From Phoronis australis (Eukaryota; Animalia; Phoronida): a stretch of DNA of 64,000 nt. The notes beneath the pieces are model-generated. The model had not been told where the DNA came from and ran no database searches. It saw only the letters and a program-made list of their open reading frames with translations. Shown here piece after piece: positions 54,101-63,510 of this stretch. The position numbers were made by a program, and so were the translations under genes. Position 1 is the first letter of the stretch, and every line of letters starts with the position of its first letter. The stretch spans positions 1 through 64,000 of the forward strand of contig NMRA01000727.1 of assembly GCA_002633005.1 (NCBI GenBank). The letters run 5' to 3'.

Positions 54101-57100
54101 TGCTGCCACTGGATTGAAGGTACGAGTACTTACGACAAGCATGGCACGATAAAGCACAATCTCTCGTCATGGTATGTATGTCAGTTATGCAATCCCCATT
54201 TCTCGCCTTCCAGTCACAAACTTCATCCGTTTCTTTGTTTTTGCAAACACTATCTGCCAAAAGAGAATCTCGAGAAACCACTCGAGTATAGTACGAATGC
54301 CTAGTTTCAATAAACTACAGGTATAACCATAAGCCTCGAAAGATTGGATTCTATCTCATGAAAACTACAAGCCTGAGTCATTGGGGCCCACTATATTAGT
54401 TTCAACAGCTCCAAGTACCTTAATTTCCATGTAATGGTAAAACGGAACATTTTTTTCGCGATCTTTAAATTTTCAAACAAAAACCTAACGATCACGAGCA
54501 TATAGAGGAAATGGACACGTAATTGTTCGAAGTAAGGTTATAACTTTCATTGAAATTTTGGTCAGTCGTTACTTTTCTATATGTAATGTTTTGTACATGG
54601 CGTAAAATAAATACTGCCAAACGGATAAGACAAACATATCTTAATAATATCATTCCATAAATAAATTAGATGAAAAAAATGAACATAAATTCACCTATCC
54701 TAACAAGCAGGCATTTTGGACTGTCTCAAGCAATATCGAACTGCCAGTTCTTGTCAAGATCCGTGTAACTTGTTTCAGGGATTAAAAGTTTTTTTACGGA
54801 AGGCAGGTTCATTTTACATTTAATTTTTTGGGAAGTTCACGCGCAAAGCTAATCAGGTCAAGACTTGAAACTTAAAAATCCAAGCGAAGTCAAGGCGAGC
54901 CTTTCTACTGAAGCAACAATCAACTCTAGTCTGTCCAGTAATTTGTATTGAGTAATTATTAAGGAATTAGAAATCATAAATACCACATTAAAGACAAAAA
55001 CAGGGTATTGAACCCTAAACTTTGCACCAAAATTGTGGTTTTCAAAGATGACTGTGCAAGAGGCTTTTTACGGGCTATTTTTAATTCCGACATTGTTCAG
55101 GTATAGGTTTTCGAACGGATTTTGTAGAAGTACGCTGTTCCAGACTTTGGGACATTTGACGCCATACACACTATACTTTGCTCCATAGCCAACACAACGA
55201 ATTGCATTTGTTTTACCAAAGGGTTCTTACCACAAACGTTGCAAGCTCTGGAGCACTTCCGTGCCATTTCATATTGGTTATTCACACAACCGCCAGACTT
55301 CGCTAACTGGAAGCAAATCTTCGGATTATCCTCCCCCATGCTGTTTCGGCAGCGTTTAGCTGTCAGGATATTAAAAAATGAAAATATCGTCGACCTCCGA
55401 GCAAAATTTGCAACCGTTAACATGAGAAAGGTTCTTCAATTAAAAATGAATACTTCCGACACGTTCAGCCAAATATTACTCGTGAAAATGTAAACACCAC
55501 GGACCTTCTCAATTTTGGGCTACAGACATTCGTCGTTAATGAAAACAGAATTGCGGTTTTTCGATGAGCTTGGGGCTCAAAATAGCATTAATTGGTTTCG
55601 GTCTGCGCTTAGTTAATTTTAAAACTGCGCCTCAAAGCTGACGTGACGGTTGGTAAAGAGATAGTACATTCTACCCATTATCGGTATGCATCACGTGACG
55701 TGGGTGGAAAAAGGATTCTCCATGCATTTCCTTTGGCAATTTGTGACATTTATTTTTGACACTGAAAAAAGCCGCATCCCATGTGAAAAAAACAGACCAG
55801 AACACATTATGTTATTTTGGCCTTGCAGAGGAGATCAACGATTCATGGTGAACAAATATGTGCTTACTGGATTTAAATGCGTGTGATAAGACTTAATCAT
55901 CTGATGAATAATCTTCTTGGAATATACGACAGGTTAAATCAAAATTACCTATTTCAGATTGTCGGTCATGTTGTCTTAAAAACAAACATATTGATAGCAC
56001 CAGAGCGTCAACCCGCTGTCATTTGTTGGTTGTTTTTTGATTTACATATGTACGTAACGGTCTCCTTTTCATCTCTGAAAACGGAGCATGCAACGCACCT
56101 ACACTGTATGTCGAAACATAAATTTCATTAGCTATTTCTAAATGTTTAGCCATTTGTTTGTATTCATACCAGTCATGACAAATTAGGTATTTCGAGATGT
56201 CGTCCAAAATACAACCATCAACAGGAAACAGTTCCGATGAGCAGACTGCAATCTTGTTGTTAATAGCTAATTTTGACGGTTCACCATTCAGCAATTCTCA
56301 GGCGTTTTTCACAAGACACAGGCCCCGCAGGATGTACAAAGACGATCTACCATAGGTCTGTTGCATTTTGAAAGGACACCGAATGAGAAGTTGGCGTGTT
56401 GGCGATTAAACCAATTGAACAGTTAATGTTTCATAAAAGCACTCACGCCCCCCCGTGTGCCTAACATACATGTACATGTATGTTTACACTAAATGGCGCA
56501 TTCCATGATCAACTGAACTATGACTATGTTTTTGCCCACGTTTCAGGGTACCAATAATCGTGTGTTCAAGTCGATATACGTGATCGTATCGTGGGTATAC
56601 CAAAATGTATAACAGTTAATCCCCTATAAAGCTCTTTTTGATTCTGTGGCACTGTGCCAGTAACAAGTTCAGTAAAATATCATACGGAGTACATCATGTA
56701 TTTGACTTGTGCTTGTGGGACTTCGCAACGATAACTATGGTGGGCTTGGCCTAGCTACCCTTGTCGGAACTACCCTTTCTACAACGAATTGAGAAAATAC
56801 CTAGATTTCTGTTGATTTGTATAAGCAGGAAGAGTGTATAAGTAATAAAATACATGAGCAGTAACATCAAAAAAACATCAGCAGAATATAAACCGTTTAC
56901 AAATACATGTACATAAATCTAGTTAAGGTCTTGACACAGCTGGTTTAATGAAATGAACACGGGCTCGTATTAATCTTTTATGGTACATGTAAGGTTGAAC
57001 TTACCACAGGCACCACAAGACAACGCGCAGTTAGGGATCATCCAATCAACGTTGGCCGTGCACTCTCCTAACTCAGCCCATTTGTTGCACAAGGTCGAAT

Positions 57101-60100
57101 CGTGCTTGTTACGGCATCCCTCGCCTATGGTGACTGAAACCGAAATTATAAAATACAGCTATAATTATTGATCGCCTGGAATGCATGGGCAGTTTTCGAT
57201 ATTTGTGATGATGGCTAAGATTTAAGAGAGAGTCCATATAAAAACCAGTAGATTTTCAAAAATCAGTCTATACGTCAAAATTTAAAACAACTTCATTTTT
57301 TGTACATGGGTAGGTATCCTACATTAAACCCAAATGCCAAATTTTGTGCACTCAATGACCCCTAATTTTGCCGCTGGAGCATGATAACACAAATTGGCAC
57401 AATTGGGCATATTAGCCGTCTCAAAAATCGCATGTTTTCAGCAACAAAAATGAGTAACCTACAAAATAGATCGAAAGCTATATTTTAATGGCTGAAATAA
57501 CCAACGTATACTGTACATAATTCTGTGCCATTTATTAAAATCTGACAGTTTTGTGCTAGACAGGGGAGATAATCCACAGACCACTTTTTGGGGCTAATTT
57601 TAGTGGCCATTTTTGTGACCTTCTTACTGCCATAAAACACCTTGTAGCCTTATGTGATGTTTTGAACGTACAGTTAAAGAGTTAGTCCTGATGACTGAGC
57701 AATAAAAAATCTTGCCTCAACTTTGCACCTTAGTGAAAATTGTCTTGCAAAACTGTCTATTTTCATAGTTTGGAAATGACGAGCAGACTTTACAGACCAT
57801 TTGAACAAACTTTTAGGCAAGAAGTCTGCTTTAAATAGTTATAGAAACCAAGTCTAAACTCTTTCAAATGAAAACAAGATGTTTTCCGGGTTTATTACGC
57901 GGCTAGTATCAAACCTGAACCCGATGACCTTTGCCCACTGAGGGAGTCAGTTGATGTTAAGCTTGAGGATATATAAAAAATGTACGTGTAACCCTCTTGT
58001 ATTCTTTCATTTCTTTTACATTATCAGGTTAATTTAAACACTCTGTAGAAATTTTAAATGGAAATAAAGGCCTTTAAGATTAAACGAGAATGAACTGATA
58101 GTTGTAATGACTGGTTTTGAGAGAAGCAAGTGCATTCTAAAAAGACAAAATGGCGGACGATGTCGATGGGCCTTCATGTTCCTTTAGAGTTTATTCAGCA
58201 AAAAATCCGATTACAAAAGCTTTGTGCTTTAGTGAGTTATGTCAAACACACCACTGAACATTTGAGATACAGGAAACTACCTCATAAAGCAAGGCCTGTG
58301 CCAGAGTACGCACTCGTACTACCCAGAGTCGGTGAATTTCTTACTGAACAGGACCAGTCATGGAAGAGTCAGGTAATGCTGGATGTTACCACTCTGCTCC
58401 TCTCCTCCTGAACGTAGCAGCCTTGTCAAATTCTACCGGCATTTCTGTTTCGAGATATGACTTTGGTGAAAGTCAGAATAGAAAGGATCTCTGTGATCGC
58501 AAGATCGCTCCACTCAAACAACATGCAAAGTACTTTGTAGCCGAAGGTAACAATATCATAAAGTTTCTGGATTTGAAAGAAGCATTACTTTCCAGTGGCC
58601 ATGTGAAGGGATGTTATGTGTATGCATGTTCAGTCAATGCAACAAAGTCTTTTCCAAAATACTCAGTTCCTGGTATAAGCACATTCAAAAATTCCCACTA
58701 TTCCACCCAAGGAATTCGCGTGTGGAAATCATTCCATGTAGGTGACGGTAAGTTCGTACAAATACTGAGAAAATGGGAAACCTATTTCTCTAAAATACAC
58801 TAACATCTCCAAGAGCTAAGGTTGGCATTGTGTCTAGTGAAGAGCCTCAACAAAGTTACCTTGTACCCAGCAAGGTTACTCGAAATTTTTTTGCTACAGA
58901 CGCAGAACTAGGTCAGCATTTGGACGTGGGTAACTACACTGAACATTTACAGAGGGAAACCACGTATGACCACATCGCACGACAGGGGTCAGAAATGCTT
59001 TCAGATGCAAGAACCGGAGCGTCATTTGAGGCAGCCTCAGAGTACTATTTGGATGAGACGAATGCTGAAGCAATAGGTTAGGCATTGAAAACAGGTAAAG
59101 TGTCAACAAGATTTTCATCAAAGGTTAAGAACTTTCTGACGAACATATTCGATGAAGGAGATAAGTCAGTTAAAAACGTTCACCCTCGGAAGAGCCAAAA
59201 TGGAGAAAACATTACGAGAACCCACTGGTAAAGTATTTACCTGTGATATTAAGTGAATCGCATATTGGTGGATTTTTTCGAGGTTGTCTGCAGCAATGTT
59301 TATGACGATGCAATTTCTGCTGAAGATGCTGTTATATCGTTAGATTTACTGAATGAACTGGTAAATGAGCTCAATGTTTAGCCTAGTTTTGTATCATACC
59401 AGTCAAAGATGTGTGATATATGAAGTCGAGGCCGTTACTTCTGTTTACTTCATGTCTGTCATGAATGAGTCATTAGTAAAATTGTCTGTCGTGAATTATT
59501 TTCTAATGACTGTGAATGTGTACCTTTTTATACCACTGATGATCACACTGACAGAAATATTCAGCGTTAGGGTGCCCGGTGTGTGGGGGGAACACCAGAT
59601 TTCTGGCGACTGGTGGCGACTAAAATTTGTAGAAACCAGCAGGGACATTAGAATATGAACCCAAAGTTACAATGACTATTGACAAGTTGAAGGATTTTTT
59701 GCACTGAACACTAGGGGGCCATATCCACCTTGGGTGCCTTCCTTTGCCTGTGGCACCAACAAGGCAGATAGAAAACAAGGTAGGGGTGAGTTCAGTAACA
59801 CTAGAACCTCTCTAAAATTTATCCAAAACCACGTGTTCTCATTAATAATGCAGGGCAATATCTCGCGAAGTCTTGAATTATAGCAAGGTCCTCGTGTTAC
59901 TGCTCTTATTCTAGATGCGTCTTCAGTCTCTACGCAAACAAAAGCAGCGCCATCTACTCATTTAGAACCACGCATGCCAGTTTATTTACGTTACATATTT
60001 TTTGTAATAAGCAATAATTATCAATGCCGTTTTCAGAGAATGGTAATTAATAATGCTGTCTGCCTTTTCTCCAAAATACAAGGTTTTTATGTCGTGTTTC

Positions 60101-63100
60101 GCAAGCTAATTATATGTTCCAAGAGCCCCCTATTGGCTGCAGAGGCAACTGAGAACATGCAAAAGGACGAAGTGCAGTTCGTGTAATGCTTCGTACGCAT
60201 AAACTACATTAGAGGCAAGATTTTTTATTTTAGATTATGAACAGGTTAGAAATGACTAAACAAATTAATATAAAGTCAATTTCAGGAAAGGTGCGTTATG
60301 GCTTCTACAGAGTGCCAAATTTGGCCGAAAATGGCTTCAGTGAAAACCTGAAAAATAGCCGTTTTTGCCTCACAAATTCAAAACGTACAAATTTAAAAAT
60401 TGATTTTGAAAGTTATGCCATTAAATTATTCAGCCACTGCGCTTTCAATTCGTATTATTCGTTTTGACCTTACCACACATGCTAGTAAAATGCATTCAAA
60501 CATGCCTACTTCGACGCCCAATTTTGTTGCAAAATGGAGGTACAGGTCATAAAAAGAAAAATAATGAATGAAAATTCTTAAAAAGTGAGGTTTTTCTACA
60601 TCTCAACAAACCAAACTCATGTGCTAAGTTTCAAAAAAATCGGTGATTTTGGGTATAGACTCTACTTGTTGGTTTTTATATGGAGTCACTCTTAACGAGT
60701 TTAGCCCTAGGTATACTTTCTATGGAGGAAAATCATTATGAGTGACTTCAGTTCATGAAATCGGTCTCATAATACTCCTTATTGCATTAGGGATTTGTTT
60801 TCGTTGCCAGGAAGAACACCAAAACCATCACCGACTAAAAATCCTTCAAAGATGTTTTGGAGTTGGTCAACCCAAAAATTGCCTACTGGAAATGGCGCAT
60901 ATATGCTTTGCTTGTCAGTTGCTTAGAGAAAGGAGAATACCACCCGAAAAACAACATATTTTGTATCAATTTCGATCGAATAGTTAAACCCTATAAAGCA
61001 AGTTCAGTTCTTTTACCTGGCACTTGACGGCAGATGGAGGTGTTGAAATTAACCCATGGCGTCACAGGTTCCAACACAGTCTGTTCAGCAGATCACAACA
61101 CGCTTAGTGGTATTCAGCTTATCGCTCGACTGATTCATCGTTTTACACCAATAAATCATCAAAATTCGATGTATAACCCTTAAAAACACATCGATTTCTT
61201 GAACAAATGTGTTGTTTTATTTCGCTGTTATGGATTTATAGGTATTTGAACGTACATGTACCGTAGCCTACAAAGTTCGGTCAGCCAAATTACCAAGGTC
61301 GGTCGCAGGAGTTTAGGTTTTGGTGATAAATTCGAATTATTCTTCCGTGAAAAACAGACAGGACAACATAGCTTGGTGTTGTTATTTTAGGATTGCGATT
61401 TTTTCAATTCTAAACACCCAAAACGCTTAATTGATATCTGGCTATTGGCTCGGAACCCCAGCGATCAAGCTTCCCGCGGCCGCACTGGAGACATCACTAA
61501 CCTAAACCAGCCAAAGTTGGAAACTAAATTTCCAGTCGCGAAAAAACTAGTGAGCCACAGAAATAATGTGCACGGGATTTTTTGGAGAATTAGCCGCGAA
61601 ACTTTAAATCTACTTACTCGTCGAGAGCTGCGAAGTCAGGTTCTCCTTCCACAGAACCGTCAGGGCAAAGGTTGTTCGTTAACAATGATTCGAATAATGT
61701 ATATGTAAATAAAGATCCTCTTGACATCTAACCATAGCATATAAAATTGAGTTATTGTATCACAACAGCTTTCTTTCAACAAAAACTGAATTACCTGCGC
61801 GCACACGACTTCGGTGCCCGGTCAATTAGCTTTATTGCATCTTAAAGCCGGTAACACAGTGATTTATTCTTTGCTGGCTTCTCAAAACATTTGCACTCAC
61901 GAACACTCCAAAGGCATTACAAATTGTATCGAATGAGACAGATTTTGTTTCAGTATTGGTTACAATGAGAATAATTCATTTCGAAACAAAATGCACAATA
62001 ATAAACAATATGGCAACTTGCAATTCCTACTTATTAGAGGAGTGCCCAACAGTCTCTTTTTATACCCTGGCATGAGCTGTTTGGTAAGCCGGCATTCGCC
62101 AGTGGAGTCACTGTCCACAAAATGCCAGCCACAGACACGAAGATGTTTCACGGCCTCATACTTGGAATTATCGGCGTACGTACTCTTCATTCTTCACTTC
62201 CGCAAGCCACTTCCGATGTATTTCGGGTTCTTAAGGAAATCGAAGAAACGATACACCCGCTTCCCTCGCAGCTTCATAGTTCGCACAAGCGGGAACGATA
62301 CACCACATCATAACGGCCCTCACTCTGCAGAAGAACCACTGACGTCCTTTTACTCACCTTCCTCACTTAACGCGACACATCTCGGCGAGGTAAGATCGAC
62401 CGCATACGAGGTGATATGATAGGCCGATTAAAACGGTAAAAGGATCAATTCAATCGGGTGGCATTCTCCTTTAAGGGTTCATTCGGCAACAAATTAGGAA
62501 CGGATGAGTGTGGTCATGTTTTAAACTCCAAAGCGTTTTGTTTAGTATTCAACATTGGCTGCACTTGATTGTCTCCACCGGGTCATTCGGCTGAAATGTC
62601 TGATTTAAAAACCGGAACCAATTACACTCACAAAACGTAGCACTGTCTAATGTTGTTGACATGACATCTCATTGGTTTAAGTGATGCAACCGACGTCATA
62701 ACATTCAGTCATTCCCATTGGTTAAAATCTGGCAACCTCTTTCAGTTTATATCTTTGACTTGAATGGTTGCAGTTTATTAAAACGGGCAGTAATCGAAGT
62801 AAATAAAATCAAGAGAATCCCTATCCAGTGGATTAAGCCCAAACACGTGCACTGAGGCGTGTGCATGTTGCTGCGATGTGATCGTTATACTCCCGACTGA
62901 GGCATGCGCATTGATGCCCACAAACGGAATTCCGTGAAAACTTTATTCAACAGAAAGTGAGTAAAGATTACGCAGATTAAATATGAAAATACAACGCACG
63001 AACAAGCGTCAGTATCATCAAAACAACAACAAAGTTAACAACAACAATAGAAATAATATTAATAATAATTTTGATAATGACAATGATAATAGTCATGATT

Positions 63101-63510
63101 GCAGTAATACAAATAGTAATATTGATATAATATATTTTGTGAATATCAAATCGTTTAACAGCCGCATTCTTGACATCAACTAACCACAATAGCATTTTCA
63201 GCCAACCAAAATGTCGGAATGTTACTTCGTTTTGTTAATAAATGAGAAGCAACGCTGGCGTCTACGCGTTAGCCTTTCACAGTGCTACACCTCTATACAT
63301 TGGAAAAGAGTACAACAAATCTGCGCTCTGAGATGCATACGCATGGACGTTTGTCGATCACAAATCGAGCCACCGGTATCAGCGAATCGTCTATTCCTCG
63401 AAAAGATAGCAACGAGAAAAGTTCAATGGTGAGGGATTATAAAATTGCTGAATTCATGAATTTTACTTACCTACTTGTAGCATTGTTGAAACTAACAGCA
63501 GTAAAAACAT
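5919..63510 (-). CDS. Multi-exon gene span: predicted type I membrane mosaic protein (SP-ShKTx3-CTL-ShKT-CTL-Cys module-TSP1x2-TM-tail), about 693 aa from 15 exons
   Basis: Fifteen GT-AG exons (listed separately) join in one frame, 2082 nt including stop, with compatible phases at every junction. Extra exons may have been missed, and linkage of the last four exons to the first eleven is inferred from phase and orientation only. Confidence 0.7.
10209..12711 (-). mobile_element. Kolobok-type DNA transposon, family A copy 1 (THAP remnant, interrupted by a HINE-like insertion)
   Basis: Ends AGGAGCATGCCACC...GGTGGCATTCTCTT; flanks GTAA/TTAA; colinear with copies 2 and 3; decayed THAP-like coding on minus strand at about 12360-12550. 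Confidence 0.75.
10492..11350 (+). mobile_element. HINE/Helentron-associated non-autonomous element (second family)
   Basis: Subterminal IR ACTCTGCGCGTGT / ACACGCGCAGAGT, 5' palindrome, (TTC/TTA)n microsatellite, 3' hairpin ATTATTGTCAC-GCC-GTGACAATAAT, terminal CTAG; inserted into a T-run that is uninterrupted in Kolobok copies 2 and 3. Confidence 0.85.
13266..14560 (+). mobile_element. Kolobok-type family A copy 2, inverted relative to copy 1
   Basis: TTAA|AGGGGAATGCCACC...GGTGGCATGCTCCT|TTAA; perfect TTAA TSD; reverse complement of 10209-12711 without the HINE and with an internal deletion. Confidence 0.85.
14880..15020. repeat. About 38-39-bp tandem repeat x3-4 in the EnSpm-like subterminal region
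   Basis: ACACTTTTCACCAATAAAGTTTCCTGCAACTTT(T/C)C repeated. Confidence 0.8.
15311..15722. mobile_element. PIF/Harbinger-like MITE
   Basis: TIR GGCCCGGTCTC(T/C)AAT / ATTGGAGACCGGGCC with CAG and CTG flanks; internal CTCGA(A/G) repeats. Confidence 0.7.
16283..16435 (-). CDS. Coding exon 14: TSP1 repeat 2
   Basis: cttttag|153 bp|gttaga, phase 1-1; GEVSSNAWGEWSDRCSCGKDIVHRIRLCTELPCLGCCTEYLQCNKDSCSSE (WxxWS, CSCG, RxRxC motifs). Confidence 0.85.
17315..17533 (-). CDS. Coding exon 13: TSP1 repeat 1
   Basis: tttcag|219 bp|gtgaga, phase 1-1; ...IWTSWKKTCESKCGKSEGVNTRKCVSGKCVGCLTNHTKCILSPC... Confidence 0.85.
20895..21619 (+). pseudogene. LINE ORF1p (coiled-coil plus RRM/CTD, L1 ORF1p-like), disrupted
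   Basis: LEQYSRRNCVVISGI, RSHRLG, IYVNENLT and CWTYDGRI motifs; stop at 21096-21098 and frameshift near 21365-21374. Confidence 0.85.
22589..26226 (+). pseudogene. LINE ORF2p (APE endonuclease, reverse transcriptase, zinc knuckle), disrupted
   Basis: SLNCRGL, LQDTH, GDFN, SRLDFFL, SDH (APE); KSPGSDG, WRPISLLN, DFEKAFD, GCRQGDPLSP, QYADD (RT); CSVC...HLFWEC at about 26003-26056; premature stop 24854-24856 and further stops/frameshifts downstream. Confidence 0.93.
28481..28645 (-). CDS. Coding exon 12: unassigned cysteine-containing module
   Basis: tttttag|165 bp|gtatga, phase 1-1, open; VDNDEPKPTEDCSTATCDEPYGLLTIKRLDTVGVCLETVISCQGNKKLENCPNNT. Confidence 0.65.
29228..29547. repeat. Minisatellite, 52/58-bp units x6
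   Basis: ATAACGATCCTAAGG..CCACTGTATCACC(G/A)CCTTCAAAGTGACAACCT; units 3 and 5 carry an extra ATATGT. Confidence 0.9.
31264..31437. mobile_element. Small MITE (CAG...CTG ends)
   Basis: TIR CAGTGACAGATCTACG / CGTAGATCCGCCGCTG; flanks TATAG/TAAAG; absent from the paralogous site near 35590. Confidence 0.65.
31760..33241 (-). pseudogene. C-terminal half of the Ginger-like transposase, including OTU-like protease remnant
   Basis: RRLVLEGKVEQKD..KYCVWFLRPG..EWFSVVNVSSTT (about 32960-33110) and TTYGDHLTLLGLSCHYNMQVLMVSSRG (about 32640-32720), resembling the OTU core; many stops and frameshifts. Confidence 0.6.
33242..35942 (+). mobile_element. Non-autonomous inverted derivative of the same Ginger-like family, nested in the transposase gene
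   Basis: GGGCTT|TGATACGCCG...CGGCTTATCA|GGGCTT perfect 6-bp TSD; left part matches the reverse complement of about 37560-39017, right part matches the reverse complement of 30897-31520. Confidence 0.85.
35943..36870 (-). pseudogene. N-terminal half of the Ginger-like transposase (rve-type DDE integrase)
   Basis: ...KFNNRSSPTPVTAKARNKSWQMDLINVS...YQWILFVVYVFSRFLILRPL...SPKLI (frameshift) DNGTEFK; internal stops. Confidence 0.8.
39310..39429 (-). CDS. Coding exon 11: C-type lectin domain 2, part 3
   Basis: ctgttag|120 bp|gtatgt, phase 1-1; LYHTDEVDSTTRDCVSMSRQSMKWVDDKCELKKSFVCKTS. Confidence 0.92.
39644..39746 (-). CDS. Coding exon 10: C-type lectin domain 2, part 2 (WIGL)
   Basis: tttcag|103 bp|gtgagt, phase 0-1; IRSTGGTNTFWIGLHDQELASSYERPDGRKFYFP. 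Confidence 0.92.
39799..39848. repeat. (GA)n microsatellite followed by an assembly gap (23 N)
   Basis: GAGA run to 39825; N at 39826-39848. Confidence 0.95.
40151..40299 (-). CDS. Coding exon 9: C-type lectin domain 2, part 1
   Basis: ttttcag|149 bp|gtatgt, phase 1-0; DIRFNQGSFEYLIVKSTLKTFEEAQLTCNNSKGALATPEDGIENTVIGQM. Confidence 0.92.
41012..42033. mobile_element. Kolobok-type non-autonomous element (family B)
   Basis: TAAA|AGAGTTCCCACAATG..TGTCTCA and TGAGACA..CATGGTGGGAACTCT|TTAA inverted termini. Confidence 0.6.
42148..42252 (-). CDS. Coding exon 8: ShKT domain 4
   Basis: gtttcag|105 bp|gtgagg, phase 1-1; VTQCIDEITDCEDHISNCLTSNTVRMSCRNSCDLC (6 Cys, CxxxCxxC end). Confidence 0.9.
43063..44382 (+). 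mobile_element. Kolobok-type element (family C) with long TIRs and a truncated THAP-transposase
   Basis: TTAA|AGGCGAAAGTAACC...GGTTGCCTTCGCCT|TTAA; TIRs about 240 bp; THAP MPRCCCVPGC..RFPKD..W..RVCGKHF (from 43317) and LELFRRCQVC..WECVAGHSGKWDSS; DDE core deleted. Confidence 0.85.
46863..46991 (-). CDS. Coding exon 7: C-type lectin domain 1, part 3
   Basis: gaatag|129 bp|gtaaga, phase 1-1; DWDEGYPKDTELEQLCVYMDRITKHWKSDECLETRRQFICRRS. Confidence 0.92.
49560..49983 (-). mobile_element. Possible Academ-like terminal fragment
   Basis: Reverse complement begins TAGTCTAGTTGCC; CAAGATGGCGG/CATCTTGAA and TGACCTTTGAC motifs; no partner end identified. Confidence 0.3.
50711..50804 (-). CDS. Coding exon 6: C-type lectin domain 1, part 2 (WLG)
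   Basis: aattag|94 bp|gtaaga, phase 0-1; ARKYFVGEVWLGSITQQGKYVDTKMKPLGFN. Confidence 0.9.
52916..53061 (-). CDS. Coding exon 5: C-type lectin domain 1, part 1
   Basis: tttcag|146 bp|gtaagc, phase 1-0; HVIQFFDNVQYTFHRHALNWFEASQHCKYHGDSLALPEDMARNDWLGEM. Confidence 0.92.
54134..54253 (-). CDS. Coding exon 4: ShKT domain 3
   Basis: ttggcag|120 bp|gtaagt, phase 1-1; DSVCKNKETDEVCDWKARNGDCITDIHTMTRDCALSCHAC. Confidence 0.93.
55231..55359 (-). CDS. Coding exon 3: ShKT domain 2
   Basis: ctgacag|129 bp|gtaaga, phase 1-1; AKRCRNSMGEDNPKICFQLAKSGGCVNNQYEMARKCSRACNVC. Confidence 0.93.
57005..57133 (-). CDS. Coding exon 2: ShKT domain 1
   Basis: gtttcag|129 bp|gtaagt, phase 1-1; VTIGEGCRNKHDSTLCNKWAELGECTANVDWMIPNCALSCGAC. 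Confidence 0.95.
57226..60691 (+). mobile_element. Sola3 DNA transposon, internally deleted
   Basis: TTAA|GAGAGAGTCCATATAAAAACCA...TGGTTTTTATATGGAGTCACTC|TTAA (GAG..CTC termini, TTAA TSD); diverged TIRs of about 490 bp; transposase remnant inside. Confidence 0.85.
58180..59300 (+). pseudogene. Sola3 transposase remnant
   Basis: SGNAGCYH...GISVSRYDFGESQNRKDLCDRKIAPLKQH..EGNNI..LKEALLS (ORF 58360-58803); the first catalytic Asp appears mutated (SDNA to SGNA); frameshifts on both sides. Confidence 0.8.
60931..62470 (-). mobile_element. Kolobok-type family A copy 3 (more diverged, best THAP remnant)
   Basis: AGGAGAATACCACC...GGTGGCATTCTCCT|TTAA; minus strand WCIVPAC..GVSFLRFP*EPEIHRKWL..(frameshift)..LRVCGWHF. 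Confidence 0.8.
63010..63135. repeat. (AAY)n low-complexity tract
   Basis: AAC/AAT/GAT triplet-rich run. Confidence 0.7.
63471..63510 (-). CDS. Coding exon 1: signal peptide (exon 63471-63523 including 5' UTR)
   Basis: ttgtag acceptor, ATG at 63510, MFLLLLVSTMLQV, strong AG|GTAAGT donor, phase 1; joins exon 2 to give MFLLLLVSTMLQVVTIG-EGC. Confidence 0.85.

Noticed and set aside
62977-63195. Asn-rich and Ile-rich ORFs
   Set aside because: Translations of an (AAY)n low-complexity tract.
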